Origin: Candidatus Latescibacterota bacterium
GTDB lineage: Bacteria; Latescibacterota; UBA2968; UBA8231
Direction of reading: 5' to 3'
DNA: 64,000 bases
Assembly (NCBI GenBank): GCA_965248265.1
Contig: CBDFJF010000001.1
Location: 1,536,001 to 1,600,000, forward strand
Both the position numbers and the translations under genes were made by a program. Of this stretch, positions 9,101-20,110 are shown in pieces (within the stretch, counting starts at the first letter, position 1; each line of letters starts with the position of its first letter). The notes under the pieces were generated by a model, which was given only the letters and a program-made list of their open reading frames with translations, was not told the DNA's origin and did not search any database.

Positions 9101-10503
9101 GCCGCGAGTGTACGTCACGCGCATACGAGTCAACCTCTGCAGCTTCACTCGCCTCGTTCTGCCGTGCCATCACCTGGTCGGATCTGCCGGTAACGACGCG
9201 CGAGCGCACTAAGGACCTGCTGCTCGACCATATCGGGGTCACGTTACGCGGCGGCACCGAGGCCTCGAGCGCACCGGCGACTGAATTCGTCCGTGGCATG
9301 CAGGCGCACGGACCGTCGTCCATCATCGGTGGTGGATTCTGCAGCGGTGCCGCTTGGGCAGCCCTCGTGAACGGTACGGCCGCCCACGCTATCGAGATGG
9401 ATGACGTCACCAGCGAGTCGTCCCTGCATCCGGCCGTCGCCGTCATGCCTGCTGCATTGGCTGTTGCCGAGCAACAACAGGCTTCTCCTGCCGCCCTCCT
9501 GGCCGCCATCGTCGCCGGTTACGAGGTCAATCTGCGGATCGGCAATGCGCTCAACCCGGCCTCGGCCTATCGCCGCGGCTTCCATCCAACCGGAATCGCT
9601 GGCGGCTTCGGTGCTACCACCGCAGCCGGTCACCTGCTCGGACTCAGCGCCGACGCGTTAACCGATGCCCTGGGTATCTGCGGCTCTATGACCTCCGGGT
9701 CCATGGAATATCTGACCGATGGCGCCTGGACCAAGCGCCTCAACGCGGGTTGGGCGGCCCATGCGGGAGTCGTCGCCGCCAGCCTGGCACAGTCCGGCTT
9801 CAACGGGCCCGGATCGATAATCGATGGATCACTCGGTGTTCTGAAAGGGTATACCGACGAGCCCAGGCCCGAGCGCCTGCTGGCTGATCTGGGGAATCCG
9901 TATCAACTGGAAACCGTGTCGATAAAGCCCTACGGATGCTGCCGTTACATTCACGGCGTGATCGATTGCGTCATGACTCTTCGGAGGGAACACGACATCA
10001 ATCCCGATGATGTAATAAAGATGAGGGTCTCGGTGTTGAGTGGAGGTGCCTCGTTGGTTGCCGAACCCGCGGAGCAGAAAAGGAATCCCAAGAATGTCGT
10101 CGACGCACAGTTCAGCACCCCATTTGGTGCCGCCATCGCCCTCGTCCACGGCGCCGCCGATCTCAATCAATTCACCCCGGCCAACATCACTGACACGACC
10201 GTTCGTGACTTGATGGCCCGCACCGAGTGTTACAGCGACCCCGCCTTCGACGCGGTTTATCCGCAGCAATGGCCGGCCGCCGTTCAGATCGAGTTGCGCG
10301 ACGGGCACACGGTGTCCACCCAGATCGAGCACGCCACTGGCGAGCCCCAGAACCCGGTTAAACGCGAGCAGCTGATAGGCAAGTTCGTCATGCTGACCGA
10401 ACCCGTACTCGGCGCGGCGGATGCTGGCACGCTGGCCTTACGCATCGTAGAGCTGGATGCTGAAGCGGATCTGCAGGAGGTGATGCGCCTGGTCAGGAAC
10501 TGA
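9097..10503 (+). CDS. MmgE/PrpD family protein
   Basis: NGTAAHAIEMDD...LHP, GFHPTG, KPYGCCRYIH, AQFS motifs. Confidence 0.92.
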   Translation: MSRECTSRAYESTSAASLASFCRAITWSDLPVTTRERTKDLLLDHIGVTLRGGTEASSAPATEFVRGMQAHGPSSIIGGGFCSGAAWAALVNGTAAHAIEMDDVTSESSLHPAVAVMPAALAVAEQQQASPAALLAAIVAGYEVNLRIGNALNPASAYRRGFHPTGIAGGFGATTAAGHLLGLSADALTDALGICGSMTSGSMEYLTDGAWTKRLNAGWAAHAGVVAASLAQSGFNGPGSIIDGSLGVLKGYTDEPRPERLLADLGNPYQLETVSIKPYGCCRYIHGVIDCVMTLRREHDINPDDVIKMRVSVLSGGASLVAEPAEQKRNPKNVVDAQFSTPFGAAIALVHGAADLNQFTPANITDTTVRDLMARTECYSDPAFDAVYPQQWPAAVQIELRDGHTVSTQIEHATGEPQNPVKREQLIGKFVMLTEPVLGAADAGTLALRIVELDAEADLQEVMRLVRN

Positions 10504-10614
10504 GGAACGCCGGTAGTCCGCGTCTTCCCCTCCGCGATCTCATCTCACAATGAAAATTCACCTGCCACCCCCTCACCCATTCGGCAACACCGGCGTCCCG
10601 GTCAGCGTCATTGC

Positions 10615-12060
10615 ATGACCGCCGCGCTCGCCTATACCTCAGCCTCCGACCTGTGTCACATGGTGCGCTCACGGCAGCTGTCTCCGGTGGAGCTCATCAG
10701 CAGCACGCTTGAGCGCATCCAGGCCTCCCAGGCCTCCCTCAACGCCTTCATTACCGTCTGCGGTGACGAGTCCATGGCCGCAGCTCGTCAGGCCGAACAA
10801 GCCATCGTCAACGGTGATGAACTCGGTCTACTCCACGGCATTCCGTTCACCGTAAAGGACCTGATCGATACCGAAGGTGTCCGGACCACGATGGGCTCGT
10901 TCATCTTCGAGAATAATGTACCGAAGAAGGATGCCATTCCCGTTGCCCGTCTGAAGGCTGCAGGCGGCATCCTCATCGGCAAGACCACGACCCCCGAGTT
11001 TGGTCACAAACCGTTCACCAGAGCACCCCTGTTCGGTGAGACACCCAATGCCTGGAACAGCGGCCGTATCGCCGGCGGCTCCAGCGGCGGAGCAGCGGTC
11101 TCCGCGGCCGCCGGACTCGCCGCGCTCAACCTCGGTACCGACGGTGGCGGTTCCATCCGTATCCCAGCAGCTGTCAATGGGATAGCAGGCATGAAACCGA
11201 CCATGGGCACGGTCCCTCAGCACACACCGGACAGCTTCGGCGCCAGCGTCTTCGTCGGGCCGATGACCCGCACAGTCGCCGACGCTGCGCTGATGCTGCA
11301 GGTGATGGCTGGACCACACGCTGATGATGTGCACTCGATCGGTCGCCAACCCCAGGATCTCATCGCCGCAGCGGCCGAGCCAGCCGATGTCAACGGTTTG
11401 AGAATCGCATGGCGTCCCCTGATGGGTAATCAGATTGTCGACTCCGGCGTGGCTGCCCTGGTTGAGAGCGCCGCACGGTCCTTCGAACAACACGGGGCTG
11501 AAGTGACTCTGGTCGATGCCACCTTCGAGACCCCTGAACCGTTCTGGCGCATACTCAACCAGGCCTCCTGGCGCACCCGGTTCGGCGGTTACGCAGCCGA
11601 ATGGGGCGATCGCATGACCCCGACCTTCCTGCGCACCATATCGGAGGCTGAGTCGTATCCGGCTGAAGAACTGCAGCGGGCGATCTACCAGCGCACAGTG
11701 CTGTTTCGCCAGGTTCAGTCCTGGTTTGAGAAATTCGATCTGGTACTTACACCGGTCATAACCCGTACCGCTCTCGAAACGGAGCGGGATCTCTACGATC
11801 CCGTCATCATCGAGGGCCGTGATGCCGGTATCATCAGGCAGAACTGGTACCCCTACACCCACCCTTTCAACTTGACCGGACATCCGGCGATCTCCCTGCC
11901 GGCGGGATTCGCCGATGATGGCCTGCCCGTCGCTTTGCAGATCATCGGTCCCTATACTGATGACGCTGCCGTCATCAGGGCAGCGGCACTTTTCGAGCAA
12001 TTGCAACCATGGGCGCAACACAGGCCCGATTTGCCTGAACTCGACTCGTGTTCAGGGTAA
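10615..12060 (+). CDS. amidase signature family protein
   Basis: VKD, GGSSGG, GTDGGGSIRIPA. Confidence 0.93.
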   Translation: MTAALAYTSASDLCHMVRSRQLSPVELISSTLERIQASQASLNAFITVCGDESMAAARQAEQAIVNGDELGLLHGIPFTVKDLIDTEGVRTTMGSFIFENNVPKKDAIPVARLKAAGGILIGKTTTPEFGHKPFTRAPLFGETPNAWNSGRIAGGSSGGAAVSAAAGLAALNLGTDGGGSIRIPAAVNGIAGMKPTMGTVPQHTPDSFGASVFVGPMTRTVADAALMLQVMAGPHADDVHSIGRQPQDLIAAAAEPADVNGLRIAWRPLMGNQIVDSGVAALVESAARSFEQHGAEVTLVDATFETPEPFWRILNQASWRTRFGGYAAEWGDRMTPTFLRTISEAESYPAEELQRAIYQRTVLFRQVQSWFEKFDLVLTPVITRTALETERDLYDPVIIEGRDAGIIRQNWYPYTHPFNLTGHPAISLPAGFADDGLPVALQIIGPYTDDAAVIRAAALFEQLQPWAQHRPDLPELDSCSG

Positions 12061-12147
12061 TCGCCGCCCGCATGGTGGGCACACCGCCCCAATCCTGATG
12101 GAGTGAGCGATGGACCGCTGGCCTTTATCATTTTCCGAGAGTTATCC

Positions 12148-13317
12148 ATGAAAGTCGATCGAGAACAACTGATGCAGGATGGTTTTCTGATCCTGCGCGA
12201 GGTCGTACCGCCTTCTGCACTGGAAAAGCTGCGCGAGAGTTACGAGACCCTGATAGAGCGCCAGGGTGGCCGCACATGGCTGAGTGAGGGCAAGCAACCG
12301 CGACTCAACATCGTCCCCCACCTGGACGAGACCACGGCTGATGCGGCAGAAATCTGGCTGCACGACAACACCCTCGGGGTCGCCCGTCAGCTGATCGACG
12401 TGGGCGACGCGGCCGCATCGACCTCGATGTGGTGTATGTGCAGCCCGCTGGAAGACCATGGTCCAGCCGCCTGGCATCGAGACATCCATCCCATCGACAT
12501 GGCACCGATGCGGTTGTTGCAGCTCGACATGCTCGAGAACGGCCCGCGGTATTTACAATGGAATGTCCCGCTATACGATGACGATGTACTGTGGGTCGTG
12601 CCGGGCAGTCACCGTCGCGTCAACACGGCACAGGAGAATGAAGAGCTCCTGAAGGACCGGTTTTCCCCTTTGACGGGTGGCATCCCGGTCGAGCTCAAAG
12701 CCGGCGACGGCGTCGTCTACATCAACTTCCTCCTGCACTGGGGCAGCAACTACAGCAGCAAGCTGCGGCGAACCCTGCACGGCGGTCACAGCATCTTCAC
12801 TGACAACCAGGGCAGCGGCTGTGCTCAGCACCTATCGCCATCCGCCCGAGAGCAGTTCGCACGTTGGGATTCACTTGCCGCAGGGGCACAGGACACAACG
12901 GAAGCGGCGCTGCGCGCGGTACTGAACGGAGATGACGCGGCCTATGATTCAGCCCTCGACACGTTGCAGCCAGGGATGGGCGCGGCCGGCAAACTGGTAT
13001 TGACGATTTACTTGTGCAAAGCGGTGCAGTTGATGCGAATTAAAACACACCAGGTCATGGACGAGGTACCAGAAAGACTTCAACGCGCGGCCACCCAAAA
13101 TCACCCAATCTCCCTGAACTGGGGACCCGGATTCGCGAACCGGTTTACCACACCTGAGTTGGAGAAATTGTGGCAGCGATTCGAGTTCGTCGACGCTCGG
13201 CTGCTACACACGGAGGAGTACTTTGTTCCCGGTTACCAGTCCGGGCCGATGCAGTACTTCTTCGAGGACGTGGCCGAGCCCTTCACGGCCAGCGACTTCG
13301 TCGCCAGTTGGAGGTGA
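12148..13317 (+). CDS. phytanoyl-CoA dioxygenase (PhyH) family protein
   Basis: DGFLILREVV, WHRD, LWVVPGSH and LLHWG Fe/2OG motifs. Confidence 0.85.
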   Translation: MKVDREQLMQDGFLILREVVPPSALEKLRESYETLIERQGGRTWLSEGKQPRLNIVPHLDETTADAAEIWLHDNTLGVARQLIDVGDAAASTSMWCMCSPLEDHGPAAWHRDIHPIDMAPMRLLQLDMLENGPRYLQWNVPLYDDDVLWVVPGSHRRVNTAQENEELLKDRFSPLTGGIPVELKAGDGVVYINFLLHWGSNYSSKLRRTLHGGHSIFTDNQGSGCAQHLSPSAREQFARWDSLAAGAQDTTEAALRAVLNGDDAAYDSALDTLQPGMGAAGKLVLTIYLCKAVQLMRIKTHQVMDEVPERLQRAATQNHPISLNWGPGFANRFTTPELEKLWQRFEFVDARLLHTEEYFVPGYQSGPMQYFFEDVAEPFTASDFVASWR

Positions 13318-13440
13318 CTCAAAATTCCTGTCCTCATGACTATCTCTGATCGTTGCATCGCCAATCCACTGTCTATTTTGCCTCGTCATCAACCTGCATT
13401 CCTGACATAGAAACCCTCAATCAAGATTCTGAGAGATACG

Positions 13441-15081
13441 ATGACTTCGACGAACACGGAACCTCTCCTTCTCACTGACGAGCAGGTGCGCGCCTACATT
13501 GCCAACGGCTACATCAAGATAGAGACGCCTTCCGTGGCACCCGAGGTGCATGCCTCTATCGCCGGCAGATTGAACTTGATGATCGAGCAGGGACCCAACC
13601 TCGGCAATAACGTGTTACCGCATGCACCGGAATTCCGCCATGTGCTGAATTGCCCCGAAGTCCGTGGTGCCCTGATCAGCCTGCTCGGCGAGGATTTCAT
13701 CGAGCACCCGCACCGTTACTGCCACGATTCCAAGCCGGCGGAGGAGAAGCCGGAGGATATGGTTGCCGCCGTGGGCAAACGCACCCATCAGGATTCCTAC
13801 ACCCCGATGGGACAGCCGCGTCAGCACTATCCCCGTTTCGCCCGAATCATCTACTACCCGCAGGACACGCCCATCGAGCTTGGGCCGACGCACGTCACTC
13901 CTGGGACCGCACTCCACAAGGCGGTCACCGAAGAAGACAAACTCAACGCCTCACCCATGTTGGGCCCTGCCGGTTCGTTGTGGATCACCCATTTTGACGT
14001 CATCCATTCAGGAGGCATCAACCTGACCGACTACGTGCGCCATATGATCAAGTTCATTTACGTGCAGCGCACGGAGCACAAGACGCCCTCTTGGAACTGC
14101 GTTGATGATCGGTGGCACAATCCAAAGGATCTGCAGTCTCCATGGGATCTGGAAGTGGCTTGGTCGCATACCTGGGATTGGATGTGTGGCAAACGCGACC
14201 GCTACGAGAGCTTCCGCCTAAATCATGGCACCGGCGCGGGTGACGTGGCCGCGTTGTCTCAGTCATTGAATTCTAAAGCCCCGATCGATGAACAATTGGC
14301 TTCCATTCGACAGCTGGCCACCCTCGGTCCCGCCGCTGCTGAAGCGACTCCCTCCCTGATCGGCCTGCTCAACAAGGATCATCAGGCTGCCCGCGCTGCC
14401 GCCACCTATGCTCTTGGTGCCATTGGCGAAGCTGCTGTCAGCCCGTTGATTGAGCTGATCAGAGAAGCTGGCGAGAATGGCTGGGAAGACGGCAAGGTGC
14501 CCTGCTGGGGTGAGAACTCCGTGTCCATGATGGACGAAGCCCATGCCCTTGCCGCCATCGGCGCGCCCGCGGTCGCCGGACTCATCGAGCTCATCGACAC
14601 GGCGGGTGAATGGGGCCGTATCAATGCCGCCTTCGCCCTCGCGGAGATGGACTCTCACGCCGCCAGTGCGGTCCCGGCCCTCATCCGCTGCCTGGACGAC
14701 CCTTCCCACCGCATCGTCCGCACCACCCTGGACGCCCTCGGTACCATCGGTGGTGAAGCCGCGTCCGCGGTTCCGCGGATGAGCCGTTTTCTCACTGAAA
14801 GCAACCCGGCATGGGAAGAGGAAATGACGGAAAGACGCCGGTGGATTGCCATGGACCAGGTGCGCGTGAACGCCGCCGAAGCGATGGGAAGGCTGGGGTC
14901 GAAGGCAGCCGCCGCCGAAGATGCCCTGGTGGCCGCCCTCGACGATCAATGCGGTTACGTCGGACTCTACGCCACGGATGCGTTACAGCAGCTGGGATCG
15001 CCTAGCGCACAAAAGGCGGTGATGGATCTGGTGATGGCGCAGCGTTGGGATTGCTCGCTGAGCGAGACTCGGCCCTGGTAG
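13441..15081 (+). CDS. PhyH-like dioxygenase fused to HEAT repeats
   Basis: HQD, YYPQD..GPT..PGT, FDVIH; C-terminal AAxALGxIG/AVPALI HEAT repeats. Confidence 0.8.
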   Translation: MTSTNTEPLLLTDEQVRAYIANGYIKIETPSVAPEVHASIAGRLNLMIEQGPNLGNNVLPHAPEFRHVLNCPEVRGALISLLGEDFIEHPHRYCHDSKPAEEKPEDMVAAVGKRTHQDSYTPMGQPRQHYPRFARIIYYPQDTPIELGPTHVTPGTALHKAVTEEDKLNASPMLGPAGSLWITHFDVIHSGGINLTDYVRHMIKFIYVQRTEHKTPSWNCVDDRWHNPKDLQSPWDLEVAWSHTWDWMCGKRDRYESFRLNHGTGAGDVAALSQSLNSKAPIDEQLASIRQLATLGPAAAEATPSLIGLLNKDHQAARAAATYALGAIGEAAVSPLIELIREAGENGWEDGKVPCWGENSVSMMDEAHALAAIGAPAVAGLIELIDTAGEWGRINAAFALAEMDSHAASAVPALIRCLDDPSHRIVRTTLDALGTIGGEAASAVPRMSRFLTESNPAWEEEMTERRRWIAMDQVRVNAAEAMGRLGSKAAAAEDALVAALDDQCGYVGLYATDALQQLGSPSAQKAVMDLVMAQRWDCSLSETRPW

Positions 15082-15117
15082 AGTCGCCACCTGCAGCAGG
15101 TGCTTTCACAGAAACGG

Positions 15118-17379
15118 TCAGTCGAGGTTCAGCTTCAATCCCCCGCTCACAACGAGCCCTGGTTGCGGGATTCCGAAGACGGACTGATAGCGCTCATCGG
15201 CGAAATTGGCCGCGTCGGCGTGCAGGCTGATTGCCGGCGTGACCTGCACCAGCGCGCTGGCACCGAGAATGAGGTAGCTCCAGTCAGCCCTTGGGGCGCC
15301 GATGGCGGACGCGGTGTCATCCACTTCTTCATCGGGCGTTGTTTTGTCGTCGACGAACAGATCCTCGTCGAAGAAACGCTCCTGCCAATCGGCTCGCACT
15401 GATAGCCGCACTGGCATGGCCTCTCCCAGGCCGAGGGAATAATCGCTCGTAAGTTTCTGACGCAGACGGCCGGGCAAATTCCGGCTCGTACCCAGGTCGT
15501 CTTCACCCGAGGCATCCTGAAAGGTGTAGCTGAGGCGCAGCTTGGATTTGCGGTGGAGGCGCAAGCTCTGTGACAGTTCAAGGCCGGCGATGTCCGCTCG
15601 CGCGAGGTTATCAAAGGTGAGGAATAGATCGTCACGCCCTGCTACTTCCATGCGTCTGGTAACGGGCCGGATCAGGTCGCGATAGCGGCTCCAATACAGG
15701 GTTGCTTCGCTCTGGGAGCGCCGGGTCAGCCACCGCAACCCCACATCTGCCGACCACACTCTTTCAGGTTTCAAGTTGCGATTTCCGGTCTCACCGACGA
15801 CATCGTCGATGGGCACGGAAAACACCTCCGTCGGTTTGAACAGATCGTCAAACGACGGTGCCACGAACGCACGTCCTATGGCGCTGTGAAAGACGAGGTT
15901 GTCACGCACCTGCAGGGCGGCGGAAATCCTGGGATTGAATTGTGTCCCGTAGAGGGAGTGATCATCCAGGCGCGCGCCCGCTTCGAGCACGTGGCGATCC
16001 AATTCGAACCGGTTTTGAACGTAAAGGGCGCCGACTCCTGCAGTCTCCGTACCGAACAGGCCATCACGCTGTCGTTCGAAGCGGTACTCGGCGCCGAGTG
16101 TGAGAGGTCGCAGGTGCCGCCTCGTCCAATGAAGCCTTGGCTCCAGGATCCACAGTTGATGCCTGGAGAGGAAATCGCCACTCAGTTCGCCGGCCTGGAC
16201 GATCGGGTTCAGCCGCTCGACACGCCGCCACTGACCCGATGCGTTGCTCTCGAAGCGCAGCCCTGTGCGCAACGGGCGCCTGTCGCTGACGCTGATGCGC
16301 ACGCGGTCGTCGTTCTGCCGATCGTCGATGTCAAATGCCCCGACCTGCCCGTGTCCTTCGGCACCCGGTGCTCCTCCTCGGCGTCGAGCCAGCTCAGTGC
16401 GGATGAGCGTTTGGCCATCGGTGTGGTGATGTACGAGCTTGCCGGCTGCATTCCAGACTCGAGTGTCCGTGTTCTCGAGATGTCCGCCACTGGAGCCCAT
16501 TGATCCATCGACCGTCCACTCCCAGTCCCCATGGCGTCGACCGTGCAGGAGATGGTAGCGTTGAGTAGCGTAAGCCCCGTCGTCGTCGACACGAGCCCCA
16601 GTTCCGGCAGTCATGGACACCCAAGTGCGATGGCCGCCGTCAATTCCCCGCGTGAAGAGTTGGATCACACCACCGCCGGCATCGGCCCCGTACAGCGCCG
16701 ATCCTGGACCTTTGACGACCTCGACGCGTTCAAGGCGGTCGACTCCAACTTCGCCCAGATCGACACCTCCGAGCGTCGACGTCTGTCCGGCAGTGTTCAA
16801 GCGCACGCCATCCAGCAGAACGAGCGTCTGCCCCGGTGATGCCCCACGCAGACTGACGCCGGCCACCAGGCCCGGCGCGCCACCCCCGGACAGGTCGACG
16901 CCCGGAAGACTGCGCAAGAGATCAGCCGCTGTCTGGAGACCGACCGATTGACCGACGTTGTCGACAACGTGAGTCGTGACAGACGAATGCAAGAGAGAGC
17001 TGGGCACGCGTGACGCTGTGACCACGACCGGATCCTCGAGGGCAAGACTCGGCACCAGGTCGAACCGCATCCCGGCCGTCTCCCCGGCTGTGACCAGGAT
17101 CTCTCGCTCGACCGAAGCGTACCCGACATGCGAGATGTATACCCGATAGCTGTCAGGGCTCAGGCCCCGAAACAGAAAGGAACCGCTGATGTCGGTGGCT
17201 GCATAGCGAGACGCTGACCCGAGGAGGACGTTTGCTCGAGGCAAGGGCTGCCCTGTGTCTGCGGCATAGACATGCCCTGAGATGCTCCCGGTATTGTCGG
17301 CGCTCAACTTCCCGGCTGCCAGCATGAGCAGCAAGAAAACGGAGGTACGGGGCTTCAAGATTCTCCCACGCGAGCACAT
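15118..17379 (-). CDS. TonB-dependent receptor with N-terminal carboxypeptidase-regulatory-like domain (BtuB-like)
   Basis: VVVTASR, plug motif LERVEVVKGPGSALYG, GNxNLKPE. Confidence 0.9.
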   Translation of the reverse strand: MCSRGRILKPRTSVFLLLMLAAGKLSADNTGSISGHVYAADTGQPLPRANVLLGSASRYAATDISGSFLFRGLSPDSYRVYISHVGYASVEREILVTAGETAGMRFDLVPSLALEDPVVVTASRVPSSLLHSSVTTHVVDNVGQSVGLQTAADLLRSLPGVDLSGGGAPGLVAGVSLRGASPGQTLVLLDGVRLNTAGQTSTLGGVDLGEVGVDRLERVEVVKGPGSALYGADAGGGVIQLFTRGIDGGHRTWVSMTAGTGARVDDDGAYATQRYHLLHGRRHGDWEWTVDGSMGSSGGHLENTDTRVWNAAGKLVHHHTDGQTLIRTELARRRGGAPGAEGHGQVGAFDIDDRQNDDRVRISVSDRRPLRTGLRFESNASGQWRRVERLNPIVQAGELSGDFLSRHQLWILEPRLHWTRRHLRPLTLGAEYRFERQRDGLFGTETAGVGALYVQNRFELDRHVLEAGARLDDHSLYGTQFNPRISAALQVRDNLVFHSAIGRAFVAPSFDDLFKPTEVFSVPIDDVVGETGNRNLKPERVWSADVGLRWLTRRSQSEATLYWSRYRDLIRPVTRRMEVAGRDDLFLTFDNLARADIAGLELSQSLRLHRKSKLRLSYTFQDASGEDDLGTSRNLPGRLRQKLTSDYSLGLGEAMPVRLSVRADWQERFFDEDLFVDDKTTPDEEVDDTASAIGAPRADWSYLILGASALVQVTPAISLHADAANFADERYQSVFGIPQPGLVVSGGLKLNLD

Positions 17380-17537
17380 TCCTCTATGATGCTGCGAGCG
17401 CTGTGGCGGCAGCGAACTGGCTCTGATAAGGTCGCGTGCCGAACTTGGCAAGATCCTTCTTCAGGTAGAATATACCTCCGCTGCACAGACGCTCACCAGC
17501 TTTGAGATGGTCCAGCAATGCCTTTGCGTCAGTGTGT

Positions 17538-17565
17538 AGTGGCTATAAAACGGGTTATCGCGAGT
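17538..17565. other. dif/Xer-like 28-bp site (host copy)
   Basis: AGTGGCTATAA-AACGGG-TTATCGCGAGT; right arm differs by 1 nt from the phage site arm TTATCGGGAGT. Confidence 0.55.
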
Positions 17566-18003
17566 TCCGGTCAAGCCCTGATGCGCGGCTTTGAGCCCTT
17601 GAACCGGGTAGAGGTGGTGTGTGCCAGTGGTCCCGGAGGCGATGGGGTGGGGTGAAGTTGGCGCGATGGCGTGGCCGCGGGTTGGTAGGACCCCGCGGTG
17701 GGTTGACCGAGCGCAGCGGTGGCGTGACGGGCCTGGTTCAGGCCGCGGACGCTGCGAGCAGCATTTCGAACTCGGGCTGGGGATGGGGGCGAGCGAGAAA
17801 AAATACCACGGCGGTGCTTGGAGAGCAATCCGTGTTTGTTCCCCTCCCGCCGTTTCAGGCTTACTGGATTCTCAAAGCAAATTAGTTCATATCTCTTAGC
17901 ATTCTAGATGTATTGCTCGATCCTTCACATACTTGGGATGGCAAAGCTAACCTACCTTTCTCTCGCTGGCCTTTAGCCAGGAAGGACAACCATAGCCCTG
18001 ATC

Positions 18004-19695
18004 ATGAGCCAAGACGACAGGCATCCTCTGTATATCCCCTATGCTGGCCCTTCCTTGTTGGAAACACCGCTGCTGAACAAGGGCTGTGCCTTTAGCGCCG
18101 AGGAGCGCACCAGTTTTAACTTGACCGGCTTATTGCCGCCCCGCTACGAGGGTATCGATGAACAGGTCAAGCGTGCCTACATGCAGTATTCTGCCTGCCA
18201 GAGTGCGTTGGAAAAACATGTCTACTTGCGTGGCATTCAGGACACCAATGAAACCTTGTTCTACCGTCTGGTGACGGATCACCTCGAAGAGATGATGCCG
18301 ATCATCTATACCCCGACGGTAGGTGATGCCTGTGAACAGTTTTCCGATATCTACCGCAGCAATCGGGGGTTGTTCATTTCGTACCCGGAACGGGATTATA
18401 TCGACGATATTCTGCGAAACGCCACCAAGCAGAAGGTGAAAGTGATCGTCGTGACCGATGGAGAGCGCATCCTTGGCCTTGGCGACCAGGGCATTGGTGG
18501 GATGGGGATTCCGATAGGCAAGTTGTCGCTGTATACCGCCTGCGGTGGCATCAGCCCTGCTTACACCCTGCCGGTGATGCTGGATGTGGGCACCAACAAT
18601 GAGAAATTGCTGAACAATCCGATGTACATGGGCTGGCGTCACAAGCGTATTGGCGAAGGAGAGTACCGTGAGTTTGTCGATACCTTCATCAAGGCAGTGC
18701 AGCGCCGTTGGCCGAAGGTGTTTCTGCAGTTTGAAGATTTCGCCCAGCCTAATGCGATGCCGTTGCTTACCCGCTATCGCAATGAGATCTGCTGCTTCAA
18801 CGACGATATTCAGGGCACGGCGGCCGTAACCGTAGGCACCCTGTTGGCGGCGTGCCGGGTGAAGGGTAGCCGACTCAGCGAGCAGCGCGTCGTATTCGTT
18901 GGTGCTGGCTCAGCCGGCTGCGGCATAGCCGAACAAGTGATCAACGAAATGCGCAACGAAGGCCTGTCGGATGCTGACGCACGCGCTCGCATTTTCATGG
19001 TCGACAGACACGGCCTGGTGACAGCAGGCATGGGGGGGCTTCGAGACTTCCAGGAGAAGTTGACTCAGCCTAAGGCCGCTATCGCGCAGTGGAGCTTCAG
19101 CGATGAATTTGCATCCCTGCTGGATGTGATGCACGGCGCAAAACCCACGGTGCTGATTGGAGTGTCCGGTGTGCCGGGGTTATTCACCGAGCCGGTGATT
19201 CAGGCAATGTGCACGGGATGTGAACAGCCGATCATCTTCCCACTCAGCAATCCGTCTCGCCAGGTAGAGGCAACGCCGGAGCAGGTACTGACCTGGACTG
19301 ACGGGCAGGCGATAGTTGCCACGGGCAGCCCGTTCAAACCAGTGGAGCTGAACGGCAAGCATCACCCAATAGTGCAGTGTAACAACAGCTACATCTTCCC
19401 CGGATTGGGTCTTGGGGTTATCGCCTGTGGAGCCAGTCGGATCGCTGATGAAATGCTGATGGCCGCCAGCGAAACACTCGCCGCCAGCTCCCCGTTGGCC
19501 AATACCGGGCAGGGCGAGTTGCTGCCGCCCATCACCGGCATCGCGGCGTTGAGCAAGCAAATCGCCTTTGCCGTGGGCAAGGTTGCGCAGTCGCAAGGGC
19601 TGGCGCTGGAGATCTCCGATGAGCGCCTACAGGAGTTGATCGAGCGAAACTACTGGCATCCTGAATATCGCAGTTATCGTCGCGTCAGCTTCTGA
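18004..19695 (+). CDS. maeA: NAD-dependent malic enzyme
   Basis: [62 protein letters not shown]. Confidence 0.95.
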   Translation: MSQDDRHPLYIPYAGPSLLETPLLNKGCAFSAEERTSFNLTGLLPPRYEGIDEQVKRAYMQYSACQSALEKHVYLRGIQDTNETLFYRLVTDHLEEMMPIIYTPTVGDACEQFSDIYRSNRGLFISYPERDYIDDILRNATKQKVKVIVVTDGERILGLGDQGIGGMGIPIGKLSLYTACGGISPAYTLPVMLDVGTNNEKLLNNPMYMGWRHKRIGEGEYREFVDTFIKAVQRRWPKVFLQFEDFAQPNAMPLLTRYRNEICCFNDDIQGTAAVTVGTLLAACRVKGSRLSEQRVVFVGAGSAGCGIAEQVINEMRNEGLSDADARARIFMVDRHGLVTAGMGGLRDFQEKLTQPKAAIAQWSFSDEFASLLDVMHGAKPTVLIGVSGVPGLFTEPVIQAMCTGCEQPIIFPLSNPSRQVEATPEQVLTWTDGQAIVATGSPFKPVELNGKHHPIVQCNNSYIFPGLGLGVIACGASRIADEMLMAASETLAASSPLANTGQGELLPPITGIAALSKQIAFAVGKVAQSQGLALEISDERLQELIERNYWHPEYRSYRRVSF

Positions 19696-19876
19696 CAGCA
19701 GAGCACGATGACCTGGCGCATGCTGCTTAGCGCCAATCCGAACGGGTGCCCTTTTACCAATCCTTCTCGAGACAAGTGTCCATCCCGGGTTCATGACCGA
19801 CTGGCAAGCGGCCGTCGCGGCTGAAGGCGGCTCCACGCTCATGGACGTCGACCAGATTGATCGAGGCAATGCTAGA

Positions 19877-20110
19877 ATGGACCCGGCAAATGCGTACTTG
19901 ATTTGCACGACCCCGCGCGCGGGCAGCACTTTGTTGGGTGGACTTCTTCAGTCCACAGAGGTTGCTGGAAACCCGGAGTCCTATTTTCGTCAACCCGACG
20001 AAAGCTCATTCGCTGAACGATGGGGCATTGATCGCTCGACTGATGGCGTATTCGACTACGCCGATTACCTGCGAGCGGCGTGCAACGCCGGTAGCACCGT
20101 AAACGGGTGG
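19877..20110 (+). pseudogene. Stf0-family sulfotransferase, 3'-truncated
   Basis: YLICTTPRAGSTLL...VAGNPESYF...DYLRAA...GSTVNG; similarity stops where the IS91 fragment begins. Confidence 0.7.

Noticed and set aside
10828-12021. Long antisense ORFs (also 41959-43008, 35836-36843, 61349-62164)
   Set aside because: High-GC shadow frames opposite well-supported genes.
17380-17540. Cobalamin or SAM riboswitch upstream of the TonB receptor
   Set aside because: No B12-box or other conserved elements recognisable; CTTATCAGAG alone is insufficient. An Rfam scan would settle it.
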